From the NCBI RefSeq assembly GCF_006345805.1, contig NC_043018.1, positions 29,574,001-29,638,000 of the forward strand: 64,000 nucleotides of DNA, written 5' to 3'. Under the pieces are notes generated by a model, which had not been told where the DNA came from, did no database searches, and was given only the letters and a program-made list of their open reading frames with translations. This stretch comes from Octopus sinensis. Its lineage: Eukaryota. Position numbers and translations under genes: made by a program. Positions 26,471 to 39,611 of this stretch are shown one piece after another; the stretch's first letter is position 1, and every line of letters begins with the position of its first letter.

Positions 26471-27187
26471 CCATGAGCAGGAGGTAGCGTATATGTGATT
26501 ATAAATCGAAATGTATGGGCATATACACATACATACAGACACACTTACAGATGCCCTCAGACAGCAACACCCACGCACTCACACACTCGTCACCTTGCAT
26601 CTCACCAGCAAATCGAACTGTGGTTGCTAACCAATTGAACACCAATCCTTTACGCATACATCAGTCATATAAACCCACACTCAAACAAAAACACACTCAC
26701 ACAATTTCCATTTCCGCACAATCCTGTCTTAAAAACCACTTTCTCTATCTCCCTCCACTTTCGGTCTCTTAAGCCATGTAACTGCACACGTGTATGCCTT
26801 GGATTTTATCTCCTTCTCCAAACCTTACCTTTCTCTTCTTTCTCAGGAAGAACCATACTGGAAAAGCCATGCCCCCCACTCTTTTCCCATCTTCTACTAA
26901 GCGTTAAGTTAATGCATTGCATGTGTACCTTGTTTTCACTCTTGTTCGTCTCTAATTCGTTATTTTGAATTTTTGAATTGTATATAAATATATATATTAT
27001 AGATGTATTAAAAAATGTTCGTTTTCTTCTTATTATTATTTGGTATATATGTATATATACATACACACATATAGATATACACGCACACATACATACACAC
27101 ATACACAGACACACAGACACACATATATATATATATACAGAGAGGGAGGGGAGTTATTTATATACCAAATAATCATAAGGACGAAAA

Positions 27188-27226
<39 letters not shown>

Positions 27227-27449
27227 GATGAGTTAAATAATTTTCTTTACACTATTATTTGGTATATATATATCAATATGTATATATATATAAAATAATA
27301 GTTATCGCCATACTGATATGGCATTCTTATAAAAATAAGAAAAAAGCTGTCCGCTTATTAGCTCCATGAGGCCATCGCCTTAAGTTAGCTATTTGATACA
27401 CAAACTGTATCCATATAACCTTCGAACAAGGGAGGTCAGTCGCTCCACA

Positions 27450-27520
27450 CTACTTGACCGGCAGCTACAGACGCGTTTCGGGGTAATGCCCCTTTTCAAT
27501 GCAGCGTAGCCAGCCAGTAG
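27450..27520 (-). ncRNA. type I hammerhead ribozyme, U3-A8 core variant (copy 1)
   Basis: GCTGCA TTGAAAA GGGG CATTA CCCC GAA ACGCGT C TGTAGC. Stem I extends via CTACTGGCTGGC / GCCGGTCAAGTAG. Cleavage triplet GUC. Confidence 0.85.
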
Positions 27521-27811
27521 GTGTCGCTTCCGACAATCTCTGTTCGATGGTTTTATTTACCTAGTTTCGGTGGAATACATCCACTTATTTTCAATAATAG
27601 AAATATTAAAATAACTAAGTCTCTCTAAAAGAGAACAGCGGCAGCGTTCCCGGAAAATAATAGTTATCGCCATACTAATATGGCATTCTTATAAAAATAA
27701 GAAAAAAGCTGTCCGCTTATTAGCTCCATGAGGCCATCGCCTTAAGTTAGCTATTTGATACACAAACTGTATCCATATAACCTTCGAACAAGGGAGGTCA
27801 GTTGCTCCACA

Positions 27812-27882
27812 CTACTTGACCGGCAGCTACAGACGCGTTTCGGGGTATTGCCCCTTTTCAATGCAGCGTAGCCAGCCAGTAG
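27812..27882 (-). ncRNA. type I hammerhead ribozyme, U3-A8 core variant (copy 2)
   Basis: Identical to copy 1 except loop II is CAATA. Confidence 0.85.
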
Positions 27883-28728
27883 GTGTCGCTTCCGACAATC
27901 TCTGTTCGATGATTTTATTTACCTAGTTTCATGGAGCTAATAAGCGGACAGCTTTTTTCTTATTTTTATAAGAATGCCATATTAGTATGGCGATAACTAT
28001 TATTTTCCGGGAACGCTGCCGCTGTTCTCTTTTAGAGAGACTTAGTTATTTTAATATTTCTATTATTGAAAACAAGTGGATGATTTATCATGCCGAACCA
28101 GCATGCATACATTTATGTATGTATGTATGTATATGTATATTTATGTATATTTATATATATATATATTATATATATATATATATAATATATATATATATAC
28201 GTGCGTGTGTTTGTTTATATGTACCTATGAATATTCCCTGTGTCTACATTATCTTATATATATTTCAAGGATATCACGAGCATACTTTTGCCCAATTATT
28301 AGACCCCATATTTTGAAACAACTTAAATTCCAATCATTGGTTATTTAATAAGAATGTTTTATTGCTTTCAATTTTTCGTATTCTTTCATCTTTCTCTGCT
28401 TATTTCTTTGTCTTCTGTTTTTTGTCCTTTTATTTCTCTTTCCTTTCCTTAAAATTTGTCGCCATTAATATTCTCAATTTTCGCACACATAAAAATATTC
28501 TTGTTCTCCTTTTCCCCGCTTTATGTTCATTCCGTTTCCATTTTGCATTGAGAAAATTATCAAAGAATCAGGGAGAGACAAGCGAAATATTTGTGTGGCA
28601 CATTATAGGCGCAGGAGCTCTGTGGCAAGTATCTTGCTTACCAATATGATGGTAGCAAGTTCAGCCCCACTGCGTGTCACCTTGGGTAAGTGTCTTCTAC
28701 TATAACCTCGTGCCGACCAAATCTCATC

Positions 28729-29388
28729 CTTCATCAATTTTAAGCAGCCTTTTTTTTTTGCCCATCATAAAAGGATCGCCATCTGCAGCACAAGATGTTA
28801 TGTTCTTTATTGATATATTCTTGACATGCAAGTAATATTTGCGCTTATATATACATCAGTGGCGAGAGTGGTGAATTCTAATGATTTGTAGAATATCATT
28901 TCTTCAGCAAATTCACCTTTATCAAATCATCATGCATAGGTTAGCAATACGACCTCGCTGTCCCTTTGAGTTGATTCATCTATTTGTAATGAGAATTCTC
29001 TTGATTTCAGCCTTTCAGCATGTTGTGCTTCAATATCTTGACGCATTTAATCTATTCTTCTACTAATAGTATTGTTACTGAGTGGCATGGTTTGAACAGC
29101 TGCGTGATATTTTCCCAAGATTTTTAAAAAATGCACATATTGATGGTTTAATTAAATCTTCTCTACTAGTATGATTTTTCCGCATATAGAAACGAGTAAT
29201 GAAATTTCATAGGCGTAGGAGTGGCTGTGTTGTAAGTAGCTTGCTTACGAATCACATGGTTCCGGGTTCAGTCCCACTGTGTGGCGCCTTAAGCAAGTGT
29301 CTTCTTCTATAGCCTCGGGCCGACCAAAGCCTTGTAAGTGGCTTTGTTAGACGGAAACTGAAAGAGGCCCGTCGTATATATATATATT

Positions 29389-29424
<36 letters not shown>

Positions 29425-29914
29425 TGTGTTTGTCCCATCAACATCGCTTCACAGCAGATACTGGGGTGTTTACGTCCCCGTAACTTAGCGGTTCGGTAAA
29501 AGAGACCGATAGAATAAGTACTAGCCTACCAAAGAATAGGCTCTGGATCGATTTGCTCGACTAAAGGCGGTGCTCCAGCATGGCCACACTCAAATGACTG
29601 AAACAAGTAAATGAGTAAAAGAGTAAGCCTCAAGAGTACGACGAGCGTTAACAGTTTGTGTAGTAACAAACAGAGAGGTTATTGTTGATCTTTTTGCAAT
29701 CTCTTTAAAGGCTTAAAGTAATTTTAATCGGAATTTACATACGCACTATATTTCGTTTTCAAATACGATTTTGGCTTCATTGATTCGTTCGTCAAGCATT
29801 GTTGGCATAAAAAGCAGAAAGGTAGCCGTTCGTCGTAGATAGTGGATGTAGATCCAAATATTAAGTATTCATCTGAGTATTGACGAACTTTTTATTTTTA
29901 CTTGCACTACTCAT
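28729..29914 (-). pseudogene. hAT Buster (ZBED8/ZBED5-like) transposase N-terminal half, split by a SINE
   Basis: MSSASK..VRQYSDEYLIFG..DERLPFCFLCQQCLTNESMK..RRTLEA|SYEISLL..MPLSNNTISRRID..FSLQIDEST..KNITSCAADGDPFMMGKK. Confidence 0.85.
29208..29625 (+). mobile_element. SINE family A, full length, inserted in the Buster ORF
   Basis: Matches the consensus; the flanks rejoin to GAGGCTTCCTATGAAATT (EASYEI) on the minus strand. Confidence 0.9.
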
Positions 29915-30955
29915 TGTATGCGTAGGGTTTGTGTCTGATAGAAATAAAATTTATTAATAAATCTTTCCAATATCTTGATGGTATCAATACACATCGTCAG
30001 CTATTTTTTATATTCCAAGTAATTAGAATAAACCTGAAAAATAACTGAATAATTAAAGATTATTTAAAGAAGTATTCAAAACAAAAGTTTCTGAATAAGG
30101 AATATAAAATTCAACAAAATTTTATATATATATATATACCTACATACTGTATACGCACCGTATGTATTAATACACACATACACTTGCAGGGGCTCACTAG
30201 AAAATTCACTATTAATAAATCATTCTCGAATTGCTCCTTTTGTCTATTTGTATGGTAAACAGAAGGGTGCACGTACATTGTGTACAGGAGGTATAAAAAT
30301 GCCACACCAAAATAATACCATGCGCCACGTTGGGAATCATGGCGTTTATGGAACTTGGGAAACTATTGTTCCCCCAAAAAACTGCAAAAATGAGCTTATA
30401 CAGAAATACAAAAAGTATTTAATAAACAAGAAAAATCTGACATAGACTAAAAACGCATATGAGAATATATGCATAGGTATATATACACATACACCCGCTC
30501 ACATATATACACACATATGCACCACAAACACCTATGCAGAGATATACACGAGCATTCGTACACAAATATGTGTGTGTTTGTTTGTTTGTGCATGAGTATA
30601 TGAGTGTGTGTGTGTGTGTGTGCGTGTGTGTGTGTGTGTACGTGTGTAGGTGCATAGCTAAGTGGCTACGGTGTTGCACACGGGATTGTAGGACTGTAAT
30701 TGTCATATTTTGTATTCTTGATTAAAAAGAAAAAACCGTATTTTCAGGATTGTTCTGTCCAATCAGCTGGCAAAGATGGAAATTCCTGGAACAGACGCCG
30801 TCTCATTTCGAGATGGAATACATACACTGCAGACTTTGAGAAATCGGCGTTACATGTCTATGTATCGGGAAGAGCCGTTCAATATGTTTTATATGTATAT
30901 AGATAGATATAGATCTAAACACACACACATATATATTCATATACATACATGCATT

Positions 30956-30999
<44 letters not shown>

Positions 31000-31126
31000 T
31001 GCAAACACATATATGCATACTATCATGTGTGTATAATATATATATATATAATATATATATATTGTGTGTGTGTGTGTGTGTGTGTGTATGAGTGTGTATG
31101 TATATATATATATATATATATATATA

Positions 31127-31423
31127 ATGATAAATCTCAGAGCGAGTTATAAACAGTAGCGGTAACACATCGTGACACATATTTGCCATTTGAATATGGC
31201 TCACCCATAAGGGTGGATGCTACTGTAGTTTGTAGCCCCAGGAAGATATCTCCTCCAGCTGGCTATAGACACACTACTTGTGTCCTCTCAGTATTGTGAA
31301 GGGGAGTCATCCTCCCCGTCTGATGTGTTACCGCTACTGTTTATAACTCGCTCTGAGATTAATCATTGTTTGATTTCAGTTTTCAATATGGGTGAGCCAT
31401 ATTCAAATGGCAAATATGCGTCA

Positions 31424-31425
<2 letters not shown>
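31127..31425. mobile_element. short microsatellite-embedded element with scrambled terminal inversion
   Basis: 31127-31171 is the reverse complement of 31322-31366, and 31171-31209 is the reverse complement of 31387-31425; (TA)n on both sides. Confidence 0.7.
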
Positions 31426-31494
<69 letters not shown>

Positions 31495-31586
31495 CACCAA
31501 CACCATTCATATGTATATATACGTATATTACGATACATTTAAACATACAGACAATATATACATCTATCCATATACATTGATATGAA

Positions 31587-31656
<70 letters not shown>

Positions 31657-31678
31657 ATGATATTAATGTATAAGTAGG

Positions 31679-31718
<40 letters not shown>

Positions 31719-32369
31719 TAGATATAGATACACACACACTCACATGCACACATATAATTGGTATTTTGAGAGATACCATTTAAAGCAATGCTCTTATAGT
31801 AACATGTAAATTGTTGTACACCCACCTTCCAAACAAGTATTAAATATAATTTGTCCGCTGATGATCTGTTCCTATTATATACATTTGTATAATTTACAGA
31901 GTGATCGTATCTGGAAGAAAAATGTACCAGGGAATTTAGTTGATCCCTACATTAATATAATATCATAAATTACATACAGTTTATGATGTTATAATAAACA
32001 GTTTAACTAAATCTCTCATTTAATTCTGTTTTCATTTTACATACTCACATGCGCACGCACACATGCGCATACACACATGCATACGCACATAATTGCATCC
32101 ACAGACACTCTCTCTAACAAACATACATACGCATATACAGACAAGAAGATACATACATATATACATACATACATACATACATACATACATACATACATAC
32201 AGAGGCGCTTACATACACACAATTGTATGTACAGATATACATAAAGACAGAGAGACAGACAGACAGACAGAGAGGAAAGTAGTGAATGACAGGAGAGGAG
32301 TAAGAGATAGATAGTGAAAAACACGAAAGCTTCTGGTAAGGCAGCATCGCATGCATCGACTACAGGAAT

Positions 32370-32905
32370 TTTTAGTGCAAGATCAGCAATTTCTGGGGTG
32401 AGAGTGTAAGTCAATTACATTCATCTCAGTGCTCAACTGGTACTTACTTTATCGACCCCGAACCGATGAGAGGCAATATCGACCTTGGTGAAATTAGAAT
32501 CGAAAAGGCACAGACGGCAAAAATGTTGCTAAGTATTTTTCCCCGGCGTGCTAACGATTCTGAAGGGTCACCGCTTTGCCTTACCAAACGATGTTAGTAA
32601 TAATCCTTTCTAACTATAGGCAATACCCTTGAAATTTAACAGCCGTGGGAGGCGGCTAGTCGAATACGTCGACCCGAACGCTGGAGTTGTATATATTTCC
32701 TATTTCTTTACTACCCACAAGGGGCTAAACATAGAGGGGACAAACAAGGACAGACAAAGGCGTTAAGTCGATTACATCGACCCCAGTGCGTAACTGGTAC
32801 TTAATTTATTGACCCGGAAAGGATGAAAGGCAAAGTCGACCTCGGCGGAATTTGAACTCAGAACGTAACGGCAGACGAAATACCACAAAGCATTTCGCCC
32901 GGCGT
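32370..32905 (-). mobile_element. two to three SINE family B copies
   Basis: Consensus modules; the long-tail form lies at 32700-32905. Confidence 0.8.
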
Positions 32906-33329
32906 AAAATAAAAGGCGGTTGTTGAACTAAAAAATTAAAGAGCGGAAGAAATACCACTAAGGATTGTGTTCGGTGTGCTAACGTCTCTGCTTGTTCATA
33001 ATAAAAATTACCATAATTTTGCTCGATCGTAACTGAGCTAGAATCAAACAACAACAACAAAAACAGCGTACAATACCAAATCCACCACCACCATCATCAC
33101 CATCACTATAGTTGTATTCCCGGTTCTGAGAGTTTCCTGTGTGTAAGTCATTGATTTGTCTGACATTGGAATAAATGAATAAATATGCCAAATATGTACT
33201 GAGAAGTCACTGTCTGTATTTAACCCCAACTAAAATATCAATAAGATTTTCTTTTCATATTTCCGGCAGTTATGGACAAAACATATTCTCATTTAAACAA
33301 ACAGAATAGTCACTCTTCACATTCTTTGC

Positions 33330-33450
33330 CCTCTTCTTCTTCTTCTTCTTCTTCTTCTTCTTCTTCTTCTTCTTCTTCTTCTTCTTCTTCTTCTTCTTCT
33401 TCTTCTTCTTCTTCTTCTTCTTCTTCTTCTTCTTCTTCTTCTTCTTCTTC
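33330..33450. repeat. pure (TTC)n
   Basis: Direct reading. Confidence 0.97.
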
Positions 33451-33585
33451 ATATGTCATATTCAGTCATTGATTTCCTTTCTCTACACACAATTCATTGG
33501 TTCTTGTGGAGATTATCCAACGGGGCTATGATTATATCTGTGGAACTTTCCTTTCATTAATCTATGTTTCTTGAATTCATCAGTT

Positions 33586-33627
<42 letters not shown>

Positions 33628-33705
33628 ACACACATACACTATATTTTTATTTCTCATTTTATGTGTGTCTGTGTTGTGCGTGTATGGAGTGAAATATATA
33701 TGTAC

Positions 33706-33749
<44 letters not shown>

Positions 33750-34547
33750 TATAATATATATAATATATATATATATATTTGTGGCGTAGGGAATATGTAT
33801 GTATATAATATATATATATTGTATGTGTGTGTGTGTGTATGTGTATCCCTCTCACTCATTCTATCTATTTATCTCTCCTCTCTCTCTCTCTATATATATA
33901 TATATGTGTGTGAGTGTGTGTCTGTGTGTCTGTGTGTATGTGTGTGTGTGTATAAAGTACGATGTTGGGATTCACTCGAGAATACATATGTAGAGTACAT
34001 CTTACAATGAAAACATTCATTGATGTAAACAACCTGTCCTTTATAAAAATATCACGTGGGGAAGAATGTGTGCCAAGACGAGAACTACATTTTAATCATT
34101 CCAATGATATCTCATCAGCGAACGCGTACCAGTTACAACTGATAAATATTCCTGGTTACCTTGTTTATGAAGACACTATTTAATAAGTACTTTAGAACAT
34201 CGGATAAACCAATTTGCATAAGTCAAAGGCTTTCTAACAACTAATAGCTTTTTTTCTTATTTTCAGAAGAATTTATTAATAATGGCATGCATGCACATCA
34301 TTAGAATGTACAGAAGGTGCTGGAAGCAAAAGGGTTTTCTGGTCAGTGGAAACCGGATAAAAATTATAATGGTGACGAGGAGAAGGAAGAGGAGGAGATT
34401 TACAATGATGGTGACTCTGATGATTTCTGACAGATGCAATAAAAGGATTTTCATTTGAATAAACCCCAAAACCATACGATGTTTAACGAAATTTGAAAAA
34501 AAGCGTGATCGCGCGAATAGGATGGTTGATAAAAAAAGTTATATGGA

Positions 34548-34962
34548 TGGCGCAGGAGTGGCTGTGTGATAAGTAGCTTGTTTACCAACCACATGGTTCG
34601 AGGTTCAGTCCCACTGCGTGGCACCTTGGGCAAGTGTCTTCTACTATAGCCTTGGGCCGACCAAAGCCTTGTGAGTGGATTTGGTAGACGGAAACTGAAA
34701 GAAGCTCGTCGTATATATGTACACATATATGCGTATGTGTATTTGTGTGTTTGTGTTTGTCCCCCTAACATTGCTTGACAATCGATGCTGGTGTGTTTAT
34801 GTCCCCGTTACTTAGTGGTTCGGCAAAAGGAGACCGATAGAATAACTACTGGGCTTACAAAATAATAAGTCCCGGGGTCGATTTGCTCGACTAAAGGTGG
34901 TGCTCCAGCATGGCCGCAGTCAAATGATTGAAACAAGTAAAAGAGTAAAAGAGTAAAGAGAG
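34548..34962 (+). mobile_element. SINE family A, full length
   Basis: Matches the consensus, with tail GAGTAAAA repeats. Confidence 0.9.
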
Positions 34963-35793
34963 TATATATATTTGTGTGTTTATCAATACTTTATCTATCT
35001 ATCTATTTATCTCTGTGTGTGTGTATCTGTGTGTGTGTGTATGTTTCAAAATATGCTCTTCAAAATTTGGCACTCGATCAGCAATTTCGGAGGAATGGGT
35101 AAGTTGATTCCATCAAACACAGCGTTTGACTGATGCACATTTATTTGACGCCAATGGAATGAAAGGCAAATTTCAACTCACAACGCCGCTCCTCGGTTTT
35201 CCCAGTGAGGTAACGATTCTGGCAGCTCACCACCTTTATCGTCCGATTTATTAGTTATATACACGGCACCGGTAGCTTGGCTTAGCGGTATAAGACGCTG
35301 TGTTTAAGGCACTATTATATTCTCTGGCTGGGATTCGAATCCCACTGTTTCTCTGGGTTTTTTTAAAATTCCAATGAAGTCGTTTTAGCCTTCTATAAAT
35401 TCAGGATCCATAAAATAGGTAAGAAGTTAAGAGCTGGGTTTAATGTAAACAACTAACTCCATGCCACGAAATTGCTGGCCAAGTGCCAAAATTTAAAACC
35501 AATGTATCATATTAGTGACACGATGTGTAAAAATTTATACCCGTATATACTACGATCAAACCCTTGATGATTCCATGGTTTCGGCGTGTGGAAATTTTTT
35601 GTTTGTTGTCTGTTCTTCTGATGCTGGAGAGGAGGGCAGATTTTGGAGAGCGAGATAGAGAGAGATTATGGAGGACGAGAGGGAAAATACGGTTTTGATA
35701 GGATTAGCGGAAGAAAGAAAACGAGAACCAAAAAAACACAGGACTATGAATCAGTACGTGATTCTTCTCATGCTTCTCGCATATATGTGCATC

Positions 35794-35853
<60 letters not shown>

Positions 35854-36464
35854 ACACACAACACACAGACATACACTCACACACATATATATATACGTCA
35901 ATAGAGTGAACAAGGGTTCTAACCGACACTAGTATTGCTAGAAATAAGAGTCAAAACAACTCAATACCCAACACTTTAGTAACGTATATTTTTGTCTTTG
36001 GGTTGTAAATTTGCGAATGAATTCACCTATATTGTGTGTGTGTGTGTGTGTGTGTATGTGTGCGTGTATGTGTGTGTGTGTGTGTGTACAGAGAGCCGCA
36101 GTAATTTGTTGTGGTGATGACGTTGGTAGCGAGGTAGTTAATAGAGATGGTGCTGGGTGTAGGCAGTGAGTTTTTGATCTGCGGACCGAAATTAAGAAGA
36201 AAAAAAAACACCGTATGATTTAACGCCTCCGCCATAGTATTAGTAACTTTCGCCCAGCCATGCCATCCCTACCATTACCATCACTACCAACATCCGTCGC
36301 AAAGGACAAATAAACATTATCATCATCACCATCATCATTATGATAATCACCACAGTCATTTACAGTTACTATCTCTTAGTTTTTCTTTCTCTCTTTTTTC
36401 TAGTTTTCCTCTCTTTTCATTCTTATACTTCCTCTGATGGTCTGTAATATGTGAATTGTGAATG

Positions 36465-36735
36465 GTCGTGGTTTAGTGGTTAGGGTGTTCGGTTCGTAGT
36501 CGTAAAGCCATGAGTTCGATTCCTGGCGGTGCGTTGTGTCCTTCAGTAAGACATTTGCACCAGTCTGCTCTGTCACCCTCTGTGTCACGCTGAATCTCCC
36601 CGAGAACTACGTTAAGGGTACACGTGTTTGGGGTGTGCTCAGCTCAGTTTGGCTACTTGCACGATAATTTCTTGACCAGGCTGTTTTTTCGATCGGATCA
36701 AATGGAACCCTCGTCATGGTAACCGACAGAGTTTT
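36465..36735 (+). mobile_element. tRNA SINE with CORE-like segment joined to the family C 3' tail
   Basis: GGTTTAGTGGTTAGGG..GAGTTCGATTCC..GTTGTGTCCTTCAGTAAGACA then TGTGTCACGCTGAATCTCCCCGAGAACTACG..GTAACCGAC. Confidence 0.75.
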
Positions 36736-37485
36736 AGTCAGATAAGGGTAGGAGTAAATACGGAGTACTCAGCCCAGTTATTTGCACCTTAATTTCATGA
36801 ACAGAATGTTAAGTTTTTCGGATCAACCACAACTATTATCGTTGTAACTGTCTCAATTACATCTACTCTAGGCACAAGGCTTTGAAAAGTTTTGGGAGAA
36901 GGGGGCTAGTCAATAAACATCGACCTCAGTGAATAACTGGTGCTTATTTCATTGATCCCCGAACGGATGAAAGACAAAGTCGACCTCGGCGGGATTTGAA
37001 CTCAAAATGTAGCGACAGACGAAATACAGTCGTAAACTGACATATATGAATGGAAATATCTACTCTATCTACGTTCTCTCTGTATCTTTTCTCCATTTAT
37101 CACTGCCGTGAATACCGACTATGTTACTTTTATCCTCTTAGTGAGATACGAAATGCAGGTAAGTAGGTAGGAACGTACAATTGTATTAATATATTGATTT
37201 CTATCTTATATGAAAACACATACACATATGTATGTATGCATATATATGTGTAAATACGCTACCTATAAACTCTATGTTGATATATATGGAGATGTGCAGT
37301 TGCTGCCGGATATAATAACATGACCTGAACTGAAATATGTATGCATGACATATCGCGATTTTAGAAATTCTTGAGTGTGTATGTGTGTGATGGTTATGAC
37401 ATTATAAATCTTAAGACCGAGATAATTATGAAAATATCGCACATAAATAATCACACAAAAGGACTGATGCTTCTACATGCTCTGT

Positions 37486-37552
<67 letters not shown>

Positions 37553-38155
37553 CGTATAAATATTCGAACATGTGTTTATGTCACTGCGAATCGCCCGAGA
37601 AAATGTAAGAAGGAATTGGGAAAGAAAGAGACAGATAAAGATAGAGTAAAAAAAAATAAAGAGTGATATTGCTGTCAGAGATATAAAAATTATGGGGGTG
37701 GGGGTGGAGGAGTTGTATACAGGGGGGAGGAGACTTTGATGGATGGAAAAGATAGAGAGTTTGAATCACAGCCAAAGGGAGAGAGAGAGAGAGCATGCAC
37801 GAGAGAGAAATAGAGAAGCAGAAAAAGCAAGAGAAACGCTAATATATTGATAAGAGAAAAAGACTAACAGTGAAAGAGAGAGAATTAGATAAGGAGAGAC
37901 ACAGAGAGGGAGAGGGGTTGAGAGTGCAGGTATGTCTGTACAACGGTGCATGTATGTATCTGTATATAAATATATATATATATACATGTGTGTGTATATA
38001 TATATATATATATATACATGTGTGTGTATATATATATATTAATATGTATATATATATATATATATCTATATATGTTATTATATATATATATATGTATATA
38101 TATGTCTATATATATATATATATATAGATTAATATATACATATATATATACATAT

Positions 38156-38212
<57 letters not shown>

Positions 38213-38499
38213 CTATATATATATATGCATACATATACATATTTGTGTGTGTGAATGGGTGTGATGGAAGCGAGGGGGGGAGAGAGGAACAGTATTTGTG
38301 ATTTCTATGTCAATAATTATTAAGTTATAAACTAAACGACAAGGTTAGATAAACAACTTTGGAAAATAAACTTAAATATATTGTAAACACACCTGTACAA
38401 ACAAGACAAGCGAAGAAGTAAACTGAATAAGGGGGGGAAAAAAGGAATATAGAAAATAAATTATAGACATGGAGTAAAGCGAACGTCGAACATACGTCG

Positions 38500-38559
<60 letters not shown>

Positions 38560-38564
38560 TTGCT

Positions 38565-38955
38565 TGTGGTAAGTAGCTTGTTTACCAACCACATGGTTCC
38601 GGGTTCAAACCCACTGCGTGGCACCTTGGCAGTGTCTTCTACTATAGCCTCGGGCCAACCAAAACCTTGTGAATGGATTTGGTAGACGGAAACTGAAAGA
38701 AGCCCGTCGTATATATGTATATGTATATGTATATGTGCGTGTGTGTGTTTGTGTGTCTGTGTTTGTCACCTAACATTGCTTGACAACCGATACTGGTGTG
38801 TTTACGTCCCCGTCACTTAGCGGTTCGGCAAAAGAGACCGATAGAATAAGTACTGGGCTTACAAAGAATAAGTCCCGGGGTCAATTTGCTCAACTAAAGG
38901 CGGTGTTCCAGCATGGCCGCAGTCAAATGACTGAAACAAGTAAAAGAGTAAAATA
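38565..38955 (+). mobile_element. SINE family A, near full length
   Basis: Matches the consensus. Confidence 0.9.
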
Positions 38956-39080
38956 GTATATATATATATATATATATTATAATATATATAATATATGTAG
39001 TCCCGGGTTGAGTCGGGGTTAACCACAGTAAATAAGCTACTCAATACATAGCAGAGTAAAGTAATTTATTTTATAGAAGG

Positions 39081-39131
39081 AGCTTCTACAGGGCTAGAAC
39101 TGTTTCATTCAGATGAAATCTTCAGGAAGCT
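39081..39131 (-). ncRNA. type I hammerhead ribozyme (GUA triplet, U10.1/U11.1)
   Basis: AGCTTC CTGAAGA T-TTC-ATCT-GAA-T GAA ACAG-TTCTAGCC-CTGT A GAAGCT; 6-bp stem I and 4-bp stem III. Confidence 0.8.
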
Positions 39132-39421
39132 GGCTGTCAAAATAAGTTCTGGTATTTATGCATTTAGGCAGATTTAATGGAGTGGTGGTAGGGGACGTTT
39201 TTTGGGTAGTTTGGTATTTAGGAGATAAACAGGGCACAAGCTATTGTTCTTAGGGGAGTGGTCAACAGGCCAGAGTGTTTTTTTGAGAAGTATCAGTGAG
39301 AAAATAAATAAATGAATAACTATATAAATTAAATACCGATTGCGGTAAGATTTGAAAATTTAGGGCATATGTGACTGGAGGCTTCTTTACCATAGCCTCG
39401 TGGACATAAACTCGTCCTAGG

Positions 39422-39473
39422 CTCTCTGCTGACGAGGCACGCCAGATGCCGAAACTATGCATAGTCCAGAGAG
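39422..39473 (+). ncRNA. canonical type I hammerhead ribozyme (GUC triplet)
   Basis: CTCTCTG CTGACGA GGCA CGCCAGA TGCC GAA ACTATGCATAGT C CAGAGAG; all core positions intact. Stem III is a 12-nt palindrome; predicted cleavage after 39466. Confidence 0.92.
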
Positions 39474-39611
39474 GAAAGGGGTAAACGTTTTTATTTCTCT
39501 TTCTATTTCAGAATTACAACTATTTTGCGGTATGAGTTTTGGCTGCTCTTTCTAGTGAGTCGAATGTCCTATATGGCCATTCCTTATATTGTTGAATATA
39601 TATATATATAT

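Larger units (their letters stand above)
27292..28082 (-). mobile_element. retrozyme-like element: 362-bp tandem units with one HHR each, plus terminal inversion
   Basis: Units start at 27292 and 27654; 27931-28082 is the reverse complement of about 27579-27730; TA-rich microsatellite on both sides. Confidence 0.85.

Noticed and set aside
33250-33472. Acceptor-like TTTCCGGCAG followed by an ORF
   Set aside because: The frames stop quickly or run into (TTC)n; no donor or homology.
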